64,000 nt of DNA, from NCBI GenBank assembly GCA_036796695.1, contig DAIRCK010000012.1, positions 8,524 through 72,523 on the forward strand, read 5' to 3'. The position numbers were made by a program, and so were the translations under genes. This DNA comes from a bacterium. GTDB taxonomy: Bacteria; Hydrothermota; Tepidihabitantia; SM23-42; JAOAFX01. This document shows positions 28,391 through 38,166 of this stretch, piece after piece; position 1 is the stretch's first letter, and each line of letters opens with the position of its first letter. The notes beneath the pieces were generated by a model. The model worked only from the letters and a program-made list of their open reading frames with translations, was not told the DNA's origin and searched no databases.

Positions 28391-28972
28391 ATGAACATCA
28401 CTAAAACGATTGATTATCTTAATAATGGCAGAGTTATTTATTTTAGATGGTTAAAAGAATTGAGCTGGATTAAAAAACTTGGGCTTTCTTTATTATTTGC
28501 CTTGATTACTGGAGTCTCTGCCCAGATTCGGATTCCTCTTGGTTTTACACCGGTTCCGCTAACCGGCCAGGTCTTTGTAGTATTATTGAGTGGTGTCCTT
28601 TTAGGTGGATTTTGTGCTGGGATGAGTATGATTTTTTATTTAATCCTTGGTGCAGTCGGAGTTCCCTGGTTTGCAGGATTTCGCGCCGGAATAAATCCCG
28701 GACCGACCCTTGGTTATTTACTGGGATTCATCCCAGCAGCAATCTTTGTAGGACTCTTCGCCCACAGGCATAAAAAACTTTTCTACCAGATTTTGATTAT
28801 GCTCATTGGTTTATTATTGATATACCTTTTTGGTGCATTGAATTTTGCGTTTCTGCTTAAAACAGATTTTTTAACAACGATAAAACTTGCCGTCTTACCA
28901 TTCATACCATTTGATATCATAAAGGCAATACTTGCGGGATTTTTATCACGGGCGATAATACCTGATGATTGA
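28391..28972 (+). CDS. bioY: Biotin transporter BioY (ECF S-component family)
   Basis: IRIPLGFTPVPLTGQVFVVLLSGVLLG matches the BioY signature. Confidence 0.8.
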   Translation: MNITKTIDYLNNGRVIYFRWLKELSWIKKLGLSLLFALITGVSAQIRIPLGFTPVPLTGQVFVVLLSGVLLGGFCAGMSMIFYLILGAVGVPWFAGFRAGINPGPTLGYLLGFIPAAIFVGLFAHRHKKLFYQILIMLIGLLLIYLFGALNFAFLLKTDFLTTIKLAVLPFIPFDIIKAILAGFLSRAIIPDD

Positions 28973-29032
28973 AGTTTTAATGAATATATGTATAGAATTA
29001 TTTTTAAAATTTTTTTAACAGGAGTTTTAATT

Positions 29033-30442
29033 ATGGCACAAAACTGCAATGCAGGAGAATACCGCGAATCGCCCCATGCTGGTTCCTGGTATCCGGGTAG
29101 GGAAAAAGACCTTCAGGAAGTGATAAAGACCTATCTTAAAAATGCCAAGGCAAAGGTTGTCGGTGAAATATATGGACTCGTTTCACCCCATGCAGGTTAT
29201 ATGTATTCAGGACCATTTGCAGCATTCTCTTATAAACTGCTGGAAAATAAAGAATTTGATGCTGTAATTGTAATAGGACCAAGCCACCGCTATGGGTTTT
29301 ATGGTGTTTCTGTTGATAAAATGGCAGGTAGAAAAACACCTTTAGGCAAAGTAGAATTTGATACAAAACTTGCGGACAAAATAATAAAACAGAATTCAAA
29401 GGTAATAAAATATGAACCAAAAGCACATATTGATGAGCATTCGGTTGAAATACAGATACCATTTCTCCAGATGGTCTTAAAAAGATTGAAACTTATTGAA
29501 ATCGTTATGGGCTCTCAGGATTATAACACCTGCAATGCACTTGCTGATGCGATTGTAAATGCTACAAAAGGAAAAAAAATTTTAGTAATTGCGAGTTCTG
29601 ACCTATCCCATTACCATAACCAGGAGACTACAGAAAAACTTGATAATCTTGTGATAGATGCAATTGAAAAATTTGACCCTGAACTTCTCTATAAAAGACT
29701 CGCTTCTGACAGTTGTGAAGCCTGTGGCGGTGCACCGATAATTACAACGATGCTTGTGGCAAAGAGAATGGGTGCAGATAAAGCAAGGGTTTTGATTTAT
29801 GGAACGAGTGGTGATATAACCGGTGATTATGCACAGGTCGTTGGCTATCTCTCTGCGGCATTTTTTAAAGGGAATGAGCAAGGACATAAAAAAGTTGGCA
29901 TTGACCTTGGTTTTACTGAAGAAGAAAAGAAGATATTAAAGGATATCGCAAGGAAGACGATTGAGGCAGTAGTTAAGGGTAAAAAACCACCTGAATTCAA
30001 GGATGTGCCGGAAAAGTTGAAAGAGCCTTATGGTATATTTGTGACGCTCACCAAACATGGAAATTTAAGGGGTTGTATCGGTCATATCATTGCTGACGAA
30101 CCTCTTTATAAAATCTGCCAGGAAATGGCAAAGGCTGCAGCACTCAATGACCCGCGGTTCAACCCCGTGAATGAAAAAGAACTTCCTGATATTGAAGTTG
30201 AGATTTCGGTTCTCACACCAATGGAAAAAGTTAAAGATTTTAAAGATATTGTCATTGGCAGGGATGGTCTGTTTATCCGTCGGGGATACTATAGCGGTCT
30301 ACTTCTACCACAGGTGGCGACTGATTATGGATGGAATGTTGAAGAATTCCTCGAACAAACCTGTGTGAAGGCAGGACTTCCTGAAGACGCTTATAAATTG
30401 AAAGATACAGAAATCTATAAATTTTCTGCCCAGATTTTTTAG
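29033..30442 (+). CDS. Fusion of AmmeMemoRadiSam system protein B (MEMO1-like, N-terminal) with an AMMECR1 domain (protein A, C-terminal)
   Basis: The N-terminus (SPHAGSWYPG...GLVSPHAGYMYSGPFAAFSY...VIVIGPSHR) is the Memo fold. The C-terminus (...LRGCIGHII...NDPRFNPV...) is AMMECR1. Confidence 0.75.
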   Translation: MAQNCNAGEYRESPHAGSWYPGREKDLQEVIKTYLKNAKAKVVGEIYGLVSPHAGYMYSGPFAAFSYKLLENKEFDAVIVIGPSHRYGFYGVSVDKMAGRKTPLGKVEFDTKLADKIIKQNSKVIKYEPKAHIDEHSVEIQIPFLQMVLKRLKLIEIVMGSQDYNTCNALADAIVNATKGKKILVIASSDLSHYHNQETTEKLDNLVIDAIEKFDPELLYKRLASDSCEACGGAPIITTMLVAKRMGADKARVLIYGTSGDITGDYAQVVGYLSAAFFKGNEQGHKKVGIDLGFTEEEKKILKDIARKTIEAVVKGKKPPEFKDVPEKLKEPYGIFVTLTKHGNLRGCIGHIIADEPLYKICQEMAKAAALNDPRFNPVNEKELPDIEVEISVLTPMEKVKDFKDIVIGRDGLFIRRGYYSGLLLPQVATDYGWNVEEFLEQTCVKAGLPEDAYKLKDTEIYKFSAQIF

Positions 30443-30510
30443 TCAGGAGCGTTAACATAAAAAAAAGATTTATAAAAACGATAAGTGACATCGGGTTCGC
30501 AAAATTAGAT

Positions 30511-31128
30511 TTGCACAGAGAAATCAGGAAGGGATTTCCTGAGGTCGTGCTCTGTCAGGGTAAATCTGAAGAACAAATTGTGAAATGTGCAGGGCAGATA
30601 CTAAAAGTCAATAAAAAAGTTCTTTTGACCAGGGTAAACCCATTCGTTGCCAAATTATTAGATAGTAAGTTTAGATCAGGAAGATATTATCCTGAGGCGA
30701 GATTGTATTATATTGGCAAACAGAAGAAAAAATCAGGGTTCGTGGTCGTTTTATCTGCTGGCACCGGTGATATTCCTGTGGCTGAAGAATGTGCAGTTAC
30801 TGCTGAGATTATGGGAAGCAATGTGAAGAGAATATATGATGTTGGTGTTGCTGGATTACACAGACTTTTAAATTTCAAAAAACAGATAAAAAAGGCACGG
30901 GTGCTCGTCGTGGTTGCGGGTATGGACGGTGTCCTACCCTCAGTCGTGGCTGGATTATTCTCGGCACCGGTGATTGCTGTTCCCACAAGTATTGGCTACG
31001 GCGCAAATTTCAATGGTGTTGCACCTTTACTTACTATGCTCAATTGCTGTGCACCTGGTGTGGCAGTGGTGAATATTGATAATGGTTTTGGTGCGGGTTA
31101 TCTTGCCGCAATTATAAATAGTCTATGA
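30511..31128 (+). CDS. larB: LarB-like (PurE-related) nickel-pincer cofactor biosynthesis carboxylase/hydrolase; TTG start
   Basis: VVLSAGTGDIPVAEECAV...VVVAGMDG-LPSVVAGL...VIAVPTS-GYGA matches the LarB/AIR-carboxylase-like fold with GTGD in place of the PurE SxSD. Confidence 0.7.
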   Translation: MHREIRKGFPEVVLCQGKSEEQIVKCAGQILKVNKKVLLTRVNPFVAKLLDSKFRSGRYYPEARLYYIGKQKKKSGFVVVLSAGTGDIPVAEECAVTAEIMGSNVKRIYDVGVAGLHRLLNFKKQIKKARVLVVVAGMDGVLPSVVAGLFSAPVIAVPTSIGYGANFNGVAPLLTMLNCCAPGVAVVNIDNGFGAGYLAAIINSL

Positions 31129-31784
31129 TTGTCTTTGATAAAGTAACCAAGATTTTCCAGAAAGACTGGGTTGCACTTGATACCATCTCTTTTGAAATCC
31201 AAAAAGGCGAATTTGTCTTTATCACCGGACCTACCGGTGCAGGAAAGAGCACAATTCTTAAACTCATATACAAGGACGAAGAACCGACAAAAGGAACGAT
31301 AAAGGTTCTTGATTATAATCTCCACTTTCTCAAACACAATAAATTACCTGAATTCCGCCGCAAGATCGGTGTAATCTTTCAGGACTTCAAACTTCTTCAG
31401 GACCGAACTGTTGAAGAAAATGTTGCATTTGCCCTTGAAGTAACCGATATTCCACCCCGTGATTTAAAGAAAAAGGTCTTTGATATCTTAACCTATGTAA
31501 AACTGAGTCACAAGAAATTTAACTATCCATACCAGTTATCTGGTGGCGAGCAACAAAAGATTGCGATTGCCCGGGCACTGGTCCGTGACCCATATATCCT
31601 GCTTGCTGATGAACCAACAGGAAATCTCGATTTGAAGAGTTCCCAGGAGGTCCTTGAAATCCTGCTCGACATTAATTATAAAGGAACAACGGTTCTGATG
31701 GCAACACACAATCAATTGCTCGTGCGCAAGGCAAAGAAACGAATCATCCATCTGGAAAATGGTAAGATCATTTCGGATCGATGA
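31125..31784 (+). CDS. ftsE: Cell division ATP-binding protein FtsE
   Basis: Walker A GPTGAGKST, the LSGGEQQ signature and Walker B LLADEPTGNLD. Confidence 0.9.
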   Translation: MIVFDKVTKIFQKDWVALDTISFEIQKGEFVFITGPTGAGKSTILKLIYKDEEPTKGTIKVLDYNLHFLKHNKLPEFRRKIGVIFQDFKLLQDRTVEENVAFALEVTDIPPRDLKKKVFDILTYVKLSHKKFNYPYQLSGGEQQKIAIARALVRDPYILLADEPTGNLDLKSSQEVLEILLDINYKGTTVLMATHNQLLVRKAKKRIIHLENGKIISDR

Positions 31785-31796
31785 AAAAGGATTGAT

Positions 31797-32645
31797 ATGG
31801 CATTACGCATTGGGGTAAGAGAAGGATTCAGAACAATAATCCGGAGTCGTTCTTTATTCATTCTTTCTTTACTCGTTGCGGCAATATCATTTTATTTGTT
31901 GTCAATCTTTGGACTGGTAACGATCAATCTATATAAAATGGCAAATCTCCTCGATGAAAAGATCGAAATCATTGCATTCCTTGAAGAACGGACAGATATC
32001 CAGTGGTTGAAAAATAGTATAAAAAAGATAACCGGTGTCCAGGAAGTCGTTTATGTCTCAGCAGAAACTGCTTTAAAACAACTCCAGGAAGAGGTCTCGG
32101 AAACAAAAGAGATTGTTCGTGTATTTGAGGATAATCCATTACCCGCATCTATAAGAATAAAACTTGAGCCACATTATCGTAATACAAAAGGGCTTGAAGA
32201 AATCAGCAAGAAAGTTTTATTACTCAAGGGTGTAAAAGATACGATATATGGTGGAGAACTCGTTGAGCAACTCAAAAAAATAACGAATATTATGTTATTC
32301 TTTGATATTGGCTTATTAATAATCATTACCCTCTCGGTCATATTTGTCATATTCCAGACCATCAAATTAACAATCTTTGCTCATGCTACAGAGATTGAGA
32401 TAATGAAACTCGTTGGCGCAACCGATACATTTATCACAATCCCATTTGTGTTCCAGGGATTGATTCAGGGTATACTGGGCGGCATCATTGCCTTTATACT
32501 TCTTGTAATAACCGTGCGTATTGCATCATCATTTTTCAATATACCATTCTTTCCTAAATTTTTATTCTTTCTGGGAAGTATAATGTTCGGTATGGTATTC
32601 GGTATAATAGGCTCAAGTATTGCATTGAGAAGGTTTTTAAAATGA
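31797..32645 (+). CDS. ftsX: Cell division permease FtsX
   Basis: Four-TM FtsX architecture with a large periplasmic loop, immediately after ftsE. Confidence 0.85.
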   Translation: MALRIGVREGFRTIIRSRSLFILSLLVAAISFYLLSIFGLVTINLYKMANLLDEKIEIIAFLEERTDIQWLKNSIKKITGVQEVVYVSAETALKQLQEEVSETKEIVRVFEDNPLPASIRIKLEPHYRNTKGLEEISKKVLLLKGVKDTIYGGELVEQLKKITNIMLFFDIGLLIIITLSVIFVIFQTIKLTIFAHATEIEIMKLVGATDTFITIPFVFQGLIQGILGGIIAFILLVITVRIASSFFNIPFFPKFLFFLGSIMFGMVFGIIGSSIALRRFLK

Positions 32646-33754
32646 AATTAATTTTAATATTTCTGTGCTTATTTTTACAGATAAATCAAAAACAGAAAGA
32701 ACTCGATGACCTGAAGAAAAAATTGAGTGAAGTAAGGCAAGAAATCAAACAACTTGAAAAAGAAAAATCTGGTGCCCTGGCAAGGATTGAAAAGATTGAT
32801 GAGGCGATAAATCTTTCCACAGAATATATTGAAAAACTAACGGCGCAGGAATATGAAGAGAAAATGCGGGTTGCTGAATTAAACCGTGAGATCGCACGTC
32901 TTGAATCAAAAATGAAATTTCAAAAAGAGGAGTTAAAAGAGAGATTGATCCGCCTTTATAAATGGACTCCATTCTACAAACTGGAAATTTTATTTTCATC
33001 AAAATCAATACCTGAGATACTTTCAACTTCTTATTATTTGCAGATCCTCGCCAAGAATGACAGGAAATTATTTTTTGAATTTAAAGATGACTGGGCAAAA
33101 TACCTTGCCGATAAAAAAATGCGTGAGCAACTGATTTCAGTATTAGAAACCAGGCGCCAGGAAAAAGAACTGGAACTTGACCAGTTGAATAAGGAGAGAC
33201 AGGAAAAGAGAAAAATCCTTGATGAGATAGCGAAACAGGAAAATGAGAAAAAAAAGGTGGAGAAGGAACTGAAGAGTGCCCAGCGCAAACTTGAAGATTT
33301 GATCGTTTCACTCAGGAAGAAAAAGGAAAAGGAAGAGGCAAGTGCGAAGAGTTATTTTGAGATGAACAAAGGTAAACTACCCTGGCCCTGCAAGGGTTCG
33401 GTGGGCACAAAATTTGGTAAGGTTGTCCATCCAAAGTATAATACGACGACAAAAAATAATGGAATTGATATATTGAGCAACTATGGAGAAAATGTATATG
33501 CGGTTGCCCAGGGCAAGGTTGTATATGCAGGAAAATTTATCGGCTATGGTGATTTGGTTGTGATTGACCATCAGGATGGATTTTATTCGCTTTATGGACA
33601 CCTTTCAGAGATCCTCGTCAAGGTTGGTGATGAAGTGCCTTCAGGAAGGATTATTGGCAGGGTTGGAGAAAGCGGGTCATTATCAGGCCCAATGCTACAT
33701 TTTGAATTGAGAAAAGATGGAAAACCAGTAGATCCATTAGTCTACTTGGAATAA
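32642..33754 (+). CDS. EnvC-like murein hydrolase activator / M23 peptidase with N-terminal coiled coil
   Basis: A long coiled coil is followed by the M23 LytM domain (…GIDI…G--VYA---G-V-YAG…GYG--V-IDH--G--S-YGHL). It sits in the ftsEX-envC arrangement. Confidence 0.8.
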   Translation: MKLILIFLCLFLQINQKQKELDDLKKKLSEVRQEIKQLEKEKSGALARIEKIDEAINLSTEYIEKLTAQEYEEKMRVAELNREIARLESKMKFQKEELKERLIRLYKWTPFYKLEILFSSKSIPEILSTSYYLQILAKNDRKLFFEFKDDWAKYLADKKMREQLISVLETRRQEKELELDQLNKERQEKRKILDEIAKQENEKKKVEKELKSAQRKLEDLIVSLRKKKEKEEASAKSYFEMNKGKLPWPCKGSVGTKFGKVVHPKYNTTTKNNGIDILSNYGENVYAVAQGKVVYAGKFIGYGDLVVIDHQDGFYSLYGHLSEILVKVGDEVPSGRIIGRVGESGSLSGPMLHFELRKDGKPVDPLVYLE

Positions 33755-33796
33755 AGAATATAGAGAATTTGTTTATCCGGTTGTATTCTTATCGCA

Positions 33797-34579
33797 TTAA
33801 AGTTTTGTCTTGGTCGCACTTACAAGATAGGCAGTATGTGTAATTCCCCGTTCTCTTGGACGGACACCCCTTTCCCTGACCAGGATATCCCTCTGAACGA
33901 CCTCACAAACCTTTATTCTAATAAAATTTGTTGATTGCAGAACTTCCACCGTTTTCTTTACCTGTTCAACATTCGGGCTCCAGGCAACTAAATGGTGCCC
34001 ACCCTTTAGTGCATCAAATGCCTTTGGCACAATATCCCAGGGTTCAGGCACATCTATGAATACCGCATCAATATTTTTTTGAATAAAACCCTCTATAGCC
34101 ACATCCCTGAGAAAATATTCAATCCTGCTTTTATATTTGTTCTTCTCTAAATTCTTTTTTGCATTTTCAAGAAATTCTTCATTCCTTTCATACGAATAGA
34201 CCACCCCATCAGGGGCAACAATCCTGGATAAAAATAATGTCAATGCACCGCTACCTGTGCCGACCTCTATCACCCTTGAACCCGGACCAATAGCAGTCTC
34301 AAATAGAAGGTAACCAAGGTCTTTTGGATATACTATCGTTGTCTTTCTTTTTATCTTCAACATTAAATCACTGATTGTGGGCTTAAGGCAATAAAAATTC
34401 CTGCCCAGATGGGTTTTTCCAACAAAACCAAATTCTTTGCTGATGATTTCATCGATCTTGATATCACCGAGATCTGTTGATAACTTCAGTTTAGGAACTA
34501 CCTGGATTAAAAATTGCCTTTTATCATCAAGATATATCAATACCAGATCACCCTGATTAATAGAATTCTCTTCCATCAA
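33797..34579 (-). CDS. trmI: tRNA (adenine58-N1)-methyltransferase TrmI-like
   Basis: Gcd14/TrmI family: VIEVGTGSGALT--L...D-VF-D-P-PW. Confidence 0.8.
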   Translation of the reverse strand: MMEENSINQGDLVLIYLDDKRQFLIQVVPKLKLSTDLGDIKIDEIISKEFGFVGKTHLGRNFYCLKPTISDLMLKIKRKTTIVYPKDLGYLLFETAIGPGSRVIEVGTGSGALTLFLSRIVAPDGVVYSYERNEEFLENAKKNLEKNKYKSRIEYFLRDVAIEGFIQKNIDAVFIDVPEPWDIVPKAFDALKGGHHLVAWSPNVEQVKKTVEVLQSTNFIRIKVCEVVQRDILVRERGVRPRERGITHTAYLVSATKTKL

Positions 34580-34630
34580 TTGAGTATATTGAAAAATATC
34601 TTATGGTCAATAGATTAAAATTTTCAAAAC

Positions 34631-34658
34631 TTGACTTTGTTATCTTCTCCATTATACT
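34631..34658 (+). promoter_or_regulatory. Promoter TTGACT-N16-TATACT, 6 nt upstream of the ATG; leaderless
   Basis: Seen directly. Confidence 0.5.
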
Positions 34659-34664
34659 CAATTA

Positions 34665-37100
34665 ATGAATATATATCTGATTTTCTTTTTCTTTTCAGGC
34701 ATTTCGGGCTTAATCTATGAAGTGGTCTGGGCAAGATTACTGTTACTTGCCTTTGGCTCAACAACTGTAGCAAATACCCTTGTGATAACTGCATTTATGT
34801 TGGGACTCGGTTTTGGTGGATTATATTTTGGCAATTATGTTGATCGAGAAAAGTCTCCCTATAAAATATTCTCATATCTTCAACTGGGTATTGGTTTATC
34901 TTCTTTTTTATTGCTATTCTTTCTTCCTCAATTACCACGATTGTCTAAAGCCATTCTAAATAATACACACTTAAGCCAGGCTGGTTATTTATCTTTTATA
35001 TTTATCATTACTTTTATCATATTATTCATTCCCACATTCTTAATGGGTGGAACATTTCCAGTAATGACGAAACTCTATGTGCGGGATGAAGATAAAATCA
35101 AAAATGGAATTGGATTGTTATACGGACTCAATACGTTTGGCGGGGTCATTGGTGCATTATCTGCAGGATTTTTTCTTATTAGAAATTTAGGACTTTCACT
35201 AACCCAGTCGATTGCAATTTTTATAAATTTTGCAATTGGCATTTTTATGTTTCATTCTCATCCAAAAATATCAACAGAAAATAGAGATTCTAAATCTGTT
35301 CTACAGGATTTCAAGCAGGCAGGTATCGAAAAATTAAAAAGATACCTGCCCATCATTGCTGGACTCACGGGATTTGCCAGCCTTGCCTGCGAAATCTTCT
35401 GGATCCGTGCATTATCGATATTTCTAACCAATTCCACCTACACCTTTACAATAATTTTGATTGTTTATTTAAGCGGAATTTTTATTGGAAGTATTATATT
35501 TGCAAAATTGTCAAAAAAATCAAACCTGATTAATATCTTTGCAACAGTCCAGATCCTTACAGGTTTATATATAGTAATCGGCTGCCTATTTTTAAACAGA
35601 CTGCCTGGATTATTATTTGGAATCCAGAATATCCTTGAAATTCCTTTTTTTAGAATGTTTTTGCCTGCACTAATTCTTTCTATTTTTGTCGTTCTCATTC
35701 CTACAATATTTATGGGTATAAGTTTCCCACTTATCTGTTCTCTATATAGTCAGGAGATTAAACACCTTGGCAACAAACTGGGCAATGTTTATTTTACAAA
35801 TACACTGGGCAGTGCACTCGGTTCTTTATTGGCAGGTATCTTTTTTATAAACTATCTTGGCGTCATAAGGGGATTAATTGCTGTTGGTTTGATCAATTTA
35901 CTGATCGGCTTTTTTTTCACACTGTATCTGAAAAACAGATCATTGAATATTATAATTTTTGTTTGTGCGATAATTATTTCTTTTTATTCAATACAAAATA
36001 AATTCATCCTTCCACCATCTATTTATCATTCACCCACCAGACAGGACCGTGTTCTATATTACAAAGAAACAAGGGATGGAACCATAATTGTGAGTGAAGA
36101 TCGCCTTACAGGCATAAGATCCTGCTATGTAAATAACAGCGCTGTAATTGGAACAACCTATGATGCCATAAAGGTTGTAAAAATGCTTGGGAATCTTCCT
36201 TTTATTTTCAATCCTGGTGCAAAAGATATATTGGTCATAGGTTTTGGGGTCGGTATCACGACCTCAAGCATTGCCCGTTATAATATAAAGAAAATAGACT
36301 GTGTTGAAATTTGCCCGGGTTTGCGCGAGGCGGCAAAATATTTCACAAATTTCAATAATTACATCTTCAAAAATCCATTAATACATTTTATTGCTAATGA
36401 TGGAAGAAATTTTTTGCTCCTGAGTAATAAGAAATATGATGCCATTTCCTGTGACCCCACACATCCAATTTTAGGCAGTGGTAATCTTTATACTAAGGAA
36501 TATTTTATGCTATGCAAAGAACATTTATCTCAAAATGGTGTAGTATGTCAGTATCTACCCTTCCATAAATTGAGTCCTGAGGAATTTAAATCTCTAATAA
36601 AAACCTTTGCTATAGTCTTTCCATATACCTCAATCTGGCTTGGTTATTCTCACGGTGTGCTTATAGGAACAAATGCTCCACAGACGATAAAATTTGAGTC
36701 CTTAAAAAATCTAAGAGATGAAATGCTCAATGACCCATATCTTCTTGCAGTCTCTTATCTTCTTGATACAGAGGCGATTAATAATTTCAGCACTGAGGCA
36801 AAAATTAATACTGATAACCATCCTGTCATAGAATTCTTCACACCATTAAGTCTGAGGAATGAAAACTGGGAGCAGAACATAAATGCATTATTAAAAAACA
36901 GAGTTGATGTCAGAAAAACCATTGAAGGTATCGACGATTTAGAAAAACTAAACCGGTACCTGCAGGGTCAAAATTATTTTATTGAAGGGTTAATTTATCA
37001 AAACAGAAGAGATAGGAAGTCATTGATCCAGGCGTTTAGAAAGGCGCTGGAGATAAATCCGGAAAATAATGAAATAAAGTTATTTCTGCAATCCCAGTGA
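34665..37100 (+). CDS. Membrane-anchored spermidine-synthase-like protein with C-terminal TPR-like region; paralog of 23922-26063
   Basis: An N-terminal multi-TM region and the SpeE-like core (ILVIGFGVGITT...VEICPGL...HFIANDGRNFL...YDAISCDPTHP). Confidence 0.7.
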   Translation: MNIYLIFFFFSGISGLIYEVVWARLLLLAFGSTTVANTLVITAFMLGLGFGGLYFGNYVDREKSPYKIFSYLQLGIGLSSFLLLFFLPQLPRLSKAILNNTHLSQAGYLSFIFIITFIILFIPTFLMGGTFPVMTKLYVRDEDKIKNGIGLLYGLNTFGGVIGALSAGFFLIRNLGLSLTQSIAIFINFAIGIFMFHSHPKISTENRDSKSVLQDFKQAGIEKLKRYLPIIAGLTGFASLACEIFWIRALSIFLTNSTYTFTIILIVYLSGIFIGSIIFAKLSKKSNLINIFATVQILTGLYIVIGCLFLNRLPGLLFGIQNILEIPFFRMFLPALILSIFVVLIPTIFMGISFPLICSLYSQEIKHLGNKLGNVYFTNTLGSALGSLLAGIFFINYLGVIRGLIAVGLINLLIGFFFTLYLKNRSLNIIIFVCAIIISFYSIQNKFILPPSIYHSPTRQDRVLYYKETRDGTIIVSEDRLTGIRSCYVNNSAVIGTTYDAIKVVKMLGNLPFIFNPGAKDILVIGFGVGITTSSIARYNIKKIDCVEICPGLREAAKYFTNFNNYIFKNPLIHFIANDGRNFLLLSNKKYDAISCDPTHPILGSGNLYTKEYFMLCKEHLSQNGVVCQYLPFHKLSPEEFKSLIKTFAIVFPYTSIWLGYSHGVLIGTNAPQTIKFESLKNLRDEMLNDPYLLAVSYLLDTEAINNFSTEAKINTDNHPVIEFFTPLSLRNENWEQNINALLKNRVDVRKTIEGIDDLEKLNRYLQGQNYFIEGLIYQNRRDRKSLIQAFRKALEINPENNEIKLFLQSQ

Positions 37101-37107
37101 TTCAGTA

Positions 37108-37135
37108 TTGATTTTTACAATATTTTGCATATAAT
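37108..37135 (+). promoter_or_regulatory. Promoter TTGATT-N16-TATAAT, 6 nt upstream of the ATG; leaderless
   Basis: Seen directly. Confidence 0.5.
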
Positions 37136-37141
37136 AAAATT

Positions 37142-37534
37142 ATGTCTGGCATTATTTTTTTTAAAACCAGAGAGCTAAATAAAATTAAAGATTTTTATGC
37201 AAAAAGGATTGGAATGGAAATCTGGTTGGAACAGACAGATTGCGTGATTATGAAACATGATAATCTATTACTCGGTTTCTGTCAGCGCGAAGAAATGGAA
37301 AACCAGGGCGTTATCACATTCTTTTATGAAAATACTGACCAGGTCTATGAAATGTATAAAAAATTCCGCCTTGAGGCATTAGCCGAGCCAGCAGTAAATG
37401 AAAAATACAATATTTACCATTTTTTTATCAAAGACCCTGAAGGCAGATTGGTTGAATTTCAAACTTTCTTGCCTCAACAAAAGGGGACAGGCACTTTTTT
37501 TATTTCCATTTTGCTGGCCTACCTCGCGCTCTAA
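37142..37534 (+). CDS. Glyoxalase/VOC-family small protein
   Basis: The pattern resembles a VOC beta-alpha-beta-beta-beta module; the match is weak. Its 3' end overlaps the convergent transposase gene. Confidence 0.5.
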   Translation: MSGIIFFKTRELNKIKDFYAKRIGMEIWLEQTDCVIMKHDNLLLGFCQREEMENQGVITFFYENTDQVYEMYKKFRLEALAEPAVNEKYNIYHFFIKDPEGRLVEFQTFLPQQKGTGTFFISILLAYLAL

Positions 37535-38162
37535 TCGTAGATTCCAATCCTAAATTTTTACAAATTTTAATTTGCCATTCTTCTTCTCCATAGGGAGCCT
37601 GACGATTTATGCTATTTCTTAATTTTTCTAAATCATTAAAAGATAATGGTTCATCAACAAATTTAGTCCAGTGAGAAGGAATATCTATCGGGGGATTACT
37701 TAAAATTTTATTGGGTATCAAGTTGATTCTTTCTCGATGTGATGACCATTCCCATTCAACTGCTGAATTTACTAATTTTGCCCTTACTGGATTGCCTTCA
37801 ACGTATCTCAAAACTGTTAATAAATAATTGTTTTCCTGAACAATAAAACTTTTGTATCTTCCCTGCCAGATGTGTCCACTTGTACCATAATGTTTATGAT
37901 AACGGCGCACATGGGTCGTCATAATTAAATGCATAAAATTACTTAAATTTTCACCTTTCAATGGCATAGCCACTATATGAAAATGATTTGGCATTATACA
38001 ATAAGCGAATATTCTAATATCAAATTCAATCCTTGCTGAAGAAATTAATTCTATGAATACTCGGTAGTCTTGTTCTTTACGAAAAACTATTTGCCCTCCG
38101 TTACCACGGTTTAATATATGATAAATCAATCCATCAACTATGCTACGCGCAATCCTTGGCAT
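37500..38162 (-). CDS. IS200/IS605-like Y1 (HUH) transposase of the REP-associated (RAYT) type; orphan, with no IS ends recognised
   Basis: The HUH motif CIMPNHFHIV and the catalytic Tyr region LRYVEGNPVRA. At 220 aa it matches RAYT-like rather than minimal IS200 TnpA. Confidence 0.75.
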   Translation of the reverse strand: MPRIARSIVDGLIYHILNRGNGGQIVFRKEQDYRVFIELISSARIEFDIRIFAYCIMPNHFHIVAMPLKGENLSNFMHLIMTTHVRRYHKHYGTSGHIWQGRYKSFIVQENNYLLTVLRYVEGNPVRAKLVNSAVEWEWSSHRERINLIPNKILSNPPIDIPSHWTKFVDEPLSFNDLEKLRNSINRQAPYGEEEWQIKICKNLGLESTIRARGRPAKWK

Positions 38163-38166
38163 AGAT

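Noticed and set aside
33755-33796. Bidirectional terminator between envC-like and trmI
   Set aside because: Only a weak 7-bp AT-rich inverted repeat with a 23-nt loop is present, which is not convincing.
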